Assembly: GCF_009914755.1 (NCBI RefSeq)
Contig: NC_060927.1
Source of the DNA: the human T2T-CHM13v2.0 reference genome, Homo sapiens
Length of the DNA stretch: 64,000 bases
Direction: 5' to 3' (one strand)
Position numbers and translations under genes: made by a program. Of the stretch, positions 60,930-64,000 are shown piece by piece; within the stretch, counting starts at the first letter, position 1; the number at the start of each line of letters is the position of its first letter. The notes beneath the pieces were generated by a model, which searched no databases, was not told where the DNA came from, and saw only the letters and a program-made list of their open reading frames with translations.

Positions 60930-62050
60930 TATCTCCAATTTATCTTCGCTATCTTATCTCATTCACAGGAGATGAGGTGCTCCTTCTCTGCATCCTCAAT
61001 CGAGTCCAATCTTTTCACTTTTACATTTGATCTCATCTTTTTTTTTTGTCAACAGCTACATTACTCCATCAATATATCCTCTATTCCATTTATATTTGAC
61101 CTCTAACTCCTTCAGTCACCTCTCTCATCCTGTTTATAAGGAATTTTCTACTGTTTTTCATTCCCAAGCTCCTCCTCAAATAAAAAGCCTTTTATTAACC
61201 ATACACACCCTAATTATACTTACAATCACTAATCTCTCAGTTTTAATTGATTCACCAACACATTTCAGTTTGTTTTCGTTTTCATCCTCAAGACTAATTA
61301 AACATGAAAAGTGAAGTTCATCAGTGACTCAATATTGCCAAATCCAGTGAGAATATTCACTCAAGTTACTGGACCTTTTTACTGTATACTATACACCAGG
61401 CACAACTGTCTATAACTCATTACTCTCTGGTATTCTGTTACACTATTTATGTAATTTTCATTTGTGGGCTCTTACTCTCCCTATCACTTAAATATTAGGA
61501 CTGCCCACAGTTCTCTCTCAAATCCATTACTCTTTATTTCTCTTTGCTTTCATATCTGTTTTTGAGTTTTAGGTATGAACCATGATTGGCTTTGGTGATT
61601 CCCGAATCTCCATGTTTAATCCATACATCTATATTGACTTTCATATTCATATATATGTGTACATATATATGTTTATTTATTTATAGCCAAACATACCTAC
61701 TTTGAATTTTTGCAGCCACCTCAAACAAACTTTCACCTCTTTTCCTCAATCCTTGCCGGATTCCTTTTCCCTGATAGTATCACCTAGACCCTCAAGGAAA
61801 TACCTTAAAGTCATGTAAAAACATTCTCTTCTTCCATTGTATGGCTCTTCTTCCATTGTATGGCTCTTATTCATTGTCTTCTCAAAATTTGGCTCTTTGG
61901 GGAAATTATTCCTCTCAGAAAAGCTTCCATTAAACCTCAAACTGAGCTAAGTGTTCACCTCTATCCTCTTCATGGGTATTTAACACTGCATTTGACACAA
62001 TAATATGACATATTTAAATGTGTTTACCTACCTAATGAGGGAGTTTTCCA
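60930..62050 (+). mobile_element. Degenerate L2 LINE fragment
   Basis: 'agtgactcaatattgccaaatccagtg', 'cacttaaatattgg/aggactgccc' and 'cagccacctcaaac' resemble L2; pyrimidine-rich. Confidence 0.6.
61826..61868. repeat. 19-bp tandem duplication (CTCTTCTTCCATTGTATGG) x2 plus CTCTT
   Basis: Read directly. Confidence 0.95.
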
Positions 62051-63270
62051 TGAAAAAGATACATGATATATTATCTTATGTTCCATCAAACTTAACTAAG
62101 ATTCCCATGCTTTTTTCCTACTTTTTTTCCCATGCTGTTTTTCCTCCCATGCTTTTTTCTTTTCCTCCTAGAAAAATATAAATAAAAAGTTTCTAGTTAA
62201 ATGACATTGGGTTTTTGAGCCTGATTGCTTTGTCAACAACTTCATAGTGACATCACAACTAAAGGCAAGAAGTAATACTCTTATGATTTAAAGGGCAAAG
62301 CAATGAGGTTTCTTGTTATTCCTTACTAATCACTGCTTGTTTTGACTCTGGAGATTTCCTCATTTCAAATGGTAGTCATAAGATTTATGTGTAAAAACGT
62401 ATAATTTTATTGTAATCTTTTTTGGTGTAGGCTGTGTTCAATATCACTTACTCTGTGGATTTTAAAAGTTCGAATACAGTGACCTCTAAGAGGGGCACTC
62501 CTCTGATTCTAATTGCCCCAAAATTGATGTGATTGTTTTCTGAAGAAGTAAAATGAATTTAAGTATTTAGACATTTATTTAAGTGGATGATTTTCTTTCC
62601 CTAGGAAGGACATAACTGAAACAAGAAAAAATAAATCTTATAAAAGATTTTCAGCAGTTTATTGATATCAGGAGGCAAATTGTTTAATTAAACATATATA
62701 TTTATATATATGTGCACACACATACACATACACATATACATATTTAAATCTGTCCTTCTATGCTTTATCTTATCCCACAGATATTCAATATTCTTATAAG
62801 GTTACTCAAAGCTACATGTGATTATTTGTTTGGACATTATATTAAATATAGTTGGTTTCAAAGCAAAAATTGCACAAGACAAATTTTAACAGAAAAGAAA
62901 GATTTATTCAAGGCTATTGCAATAGGAGACAGAAGCCATATCTATGTTTGAACTCAACTCTGGAAACAAATGTTGGGCTGGGATGAGCTATATAAGTACT
63001 GGGGGATATTAGTGAGGAGGTTGATCAATGAGCTATGTTGAGCACACTGAGTTATTTCCTGTTTGCAAATGCTTTTCTCTGTAATTAGGTCCCCTGTGTT
63101 TGCTAATTGGGGCCCTTCTAAGTTAGGGATCTACTTTCCCATAGGGACTGGGAAGATAGGGGCACAATATTCCTTGATAATTGCATTTGAAAGAATGGCT
63201 TCCAAGTCCTTAAGAAGGACGTTTATCTATTGTAAAATTGTCAATAGGCTTTTAGAAAGATTTACATATA

Positions 63271-63972
63271 CAGATATTCCTTGACTTGAAGCTAGTTCCA
63301 ATAAACCCAAAATAAATTGAAAATATTCTAAGTGGATGAGGTGCGGTAGCTCATGACTATAATCTCAGCATTCTGGGAGGCAAATGCAGGAGGATTGCTT
63401 GAGGACAGAAGTTCAAGATCAGCGAGACAACATAGTGAGACTCCATCTCTACCAATTTTTTTTTTTAATTAGCTGGGCACGGTGGTGCATGCCTGTAGTC
63501 CCAGCTACTTGTGAGGCTGAGGCAGGAGGATCCTTTGAGCCCAGGAATTGGAGGCTGTAATGACCTATGATCACCACTGCATTCCAGCTTGGCTAACAGT
63601 GCTAGATATTGTGTCTCAAAAAACAAACTAACTAACAAACAAAAACAAGTAAACAAAGAAAATACTGCAAGTGGAAAATGTATTCAAACATTCAATTACA
63701 CCTAAGCTAAGGAACATTATAGCTTAGCCTACCTAAAAGGTGCTCAGAGTAATTGTATTATTACATTAGCCAAAATTCAGCAACATCATCCAACCCAAAG
63801 CTTATATTACAATAAAGTGTTGAATATCTCATGTAATTTATTAAACACTGTACCAAAGTTGAAAAAGAGAATTTTTACATAGGTACTCCAAGACAGTTTC
63901 TGCTGAATACATATCATACAATAATAAAATTGAAAATTGTTAAGTTGAACCATTATAAGTTAGGGCCATCTG
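63271..63972 (+). mobile_element. MER47A (TcMar-Tigger) DNA transposon, split by an Alu
   Basis: TIR-like ends 'cagatattccttgactt' and 'aagttagggccatctg' with TA flanks; interior 'atagcttagcctacct...aataaagtgttgaatatctcatgtaatttatt'. Confidence 0.88.
63334..63657 (+). mobile_element. AluJ SINE inserted in MER47A
   Basis: J-type 'ggaggattgcttgagg' and 'gagcccaggaattggaggctg'; degenerate TSD GAAAATATTCTAAGT at 63319-63333 and GAAAATACTGCAAGT at 63658-63672. Confidence 0.93.
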
Positions 63973-64000
63973 TATCACAAAGGGGCAGAGAATTTGCAAT

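Larger units (their letters stand above)
62856..64000 (-). mobile_element. ERV1 LTR (MER67-like), interrupted by MER47A and running off the window end
   Basis: 'tttattcaaggctattgcaatagg...gaactcaactc...cctgtgtttgctaattgg...aagatttacata | tcacaaaggggcagagaattt'. Confidence 0.7.

Noticed and set aside
62103-62170. Three TCCCATGCT motifs in a T/C-rich stretch
   Set aside because: Best explained as a degenerate slippage repeat, with no further evidence of function.

Overview
This is AT-rich primate genomic DNA, most likely human or another ape, and it looks intronic or intergenic. It carries primate-specific Alu, L1PA and THE1 elements on top of older mammalian L1M, L2, MIR and DNA-transposon fossils. 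I found no intact protein-coding gene, rRNA, tRNA or CRISPR array. The ORFs I can assign derive from Alu, L1 ORF2, other transposons or simple repeats; the rest are short and unrecognised. I cannot support a new multi-gene system. The most notable structures are as follows. (1) A ~235 bp unique segment with a splice-acceptor-like 5' part is copied 3 kb downstream, and only the copy has TSD-like flanks, suggesting a locally templated insertion. (2) Two independent 5'-inverted (twin-primed) L1s of different subfamilies break at almost the same L1 position; one is fused to a truncated Alu and has no TSD. (3) There are several local tandem duplications. (4) There are two closely spaced head-to-head Alu pairs. 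(5) There is a three-level LTR > DNA transposon > Alu nest. (6) A 74-nt hairpin resembles an ancient palindromic repeat. (7) A purine-rich block carries a G-quadruplex motif, three TAGGTGTG copies and a perfect everted nuclear-receptor site. Repeat family names come from my recollection of consensus sequences, not from a database search. Boundaries of old repeats are approximate.
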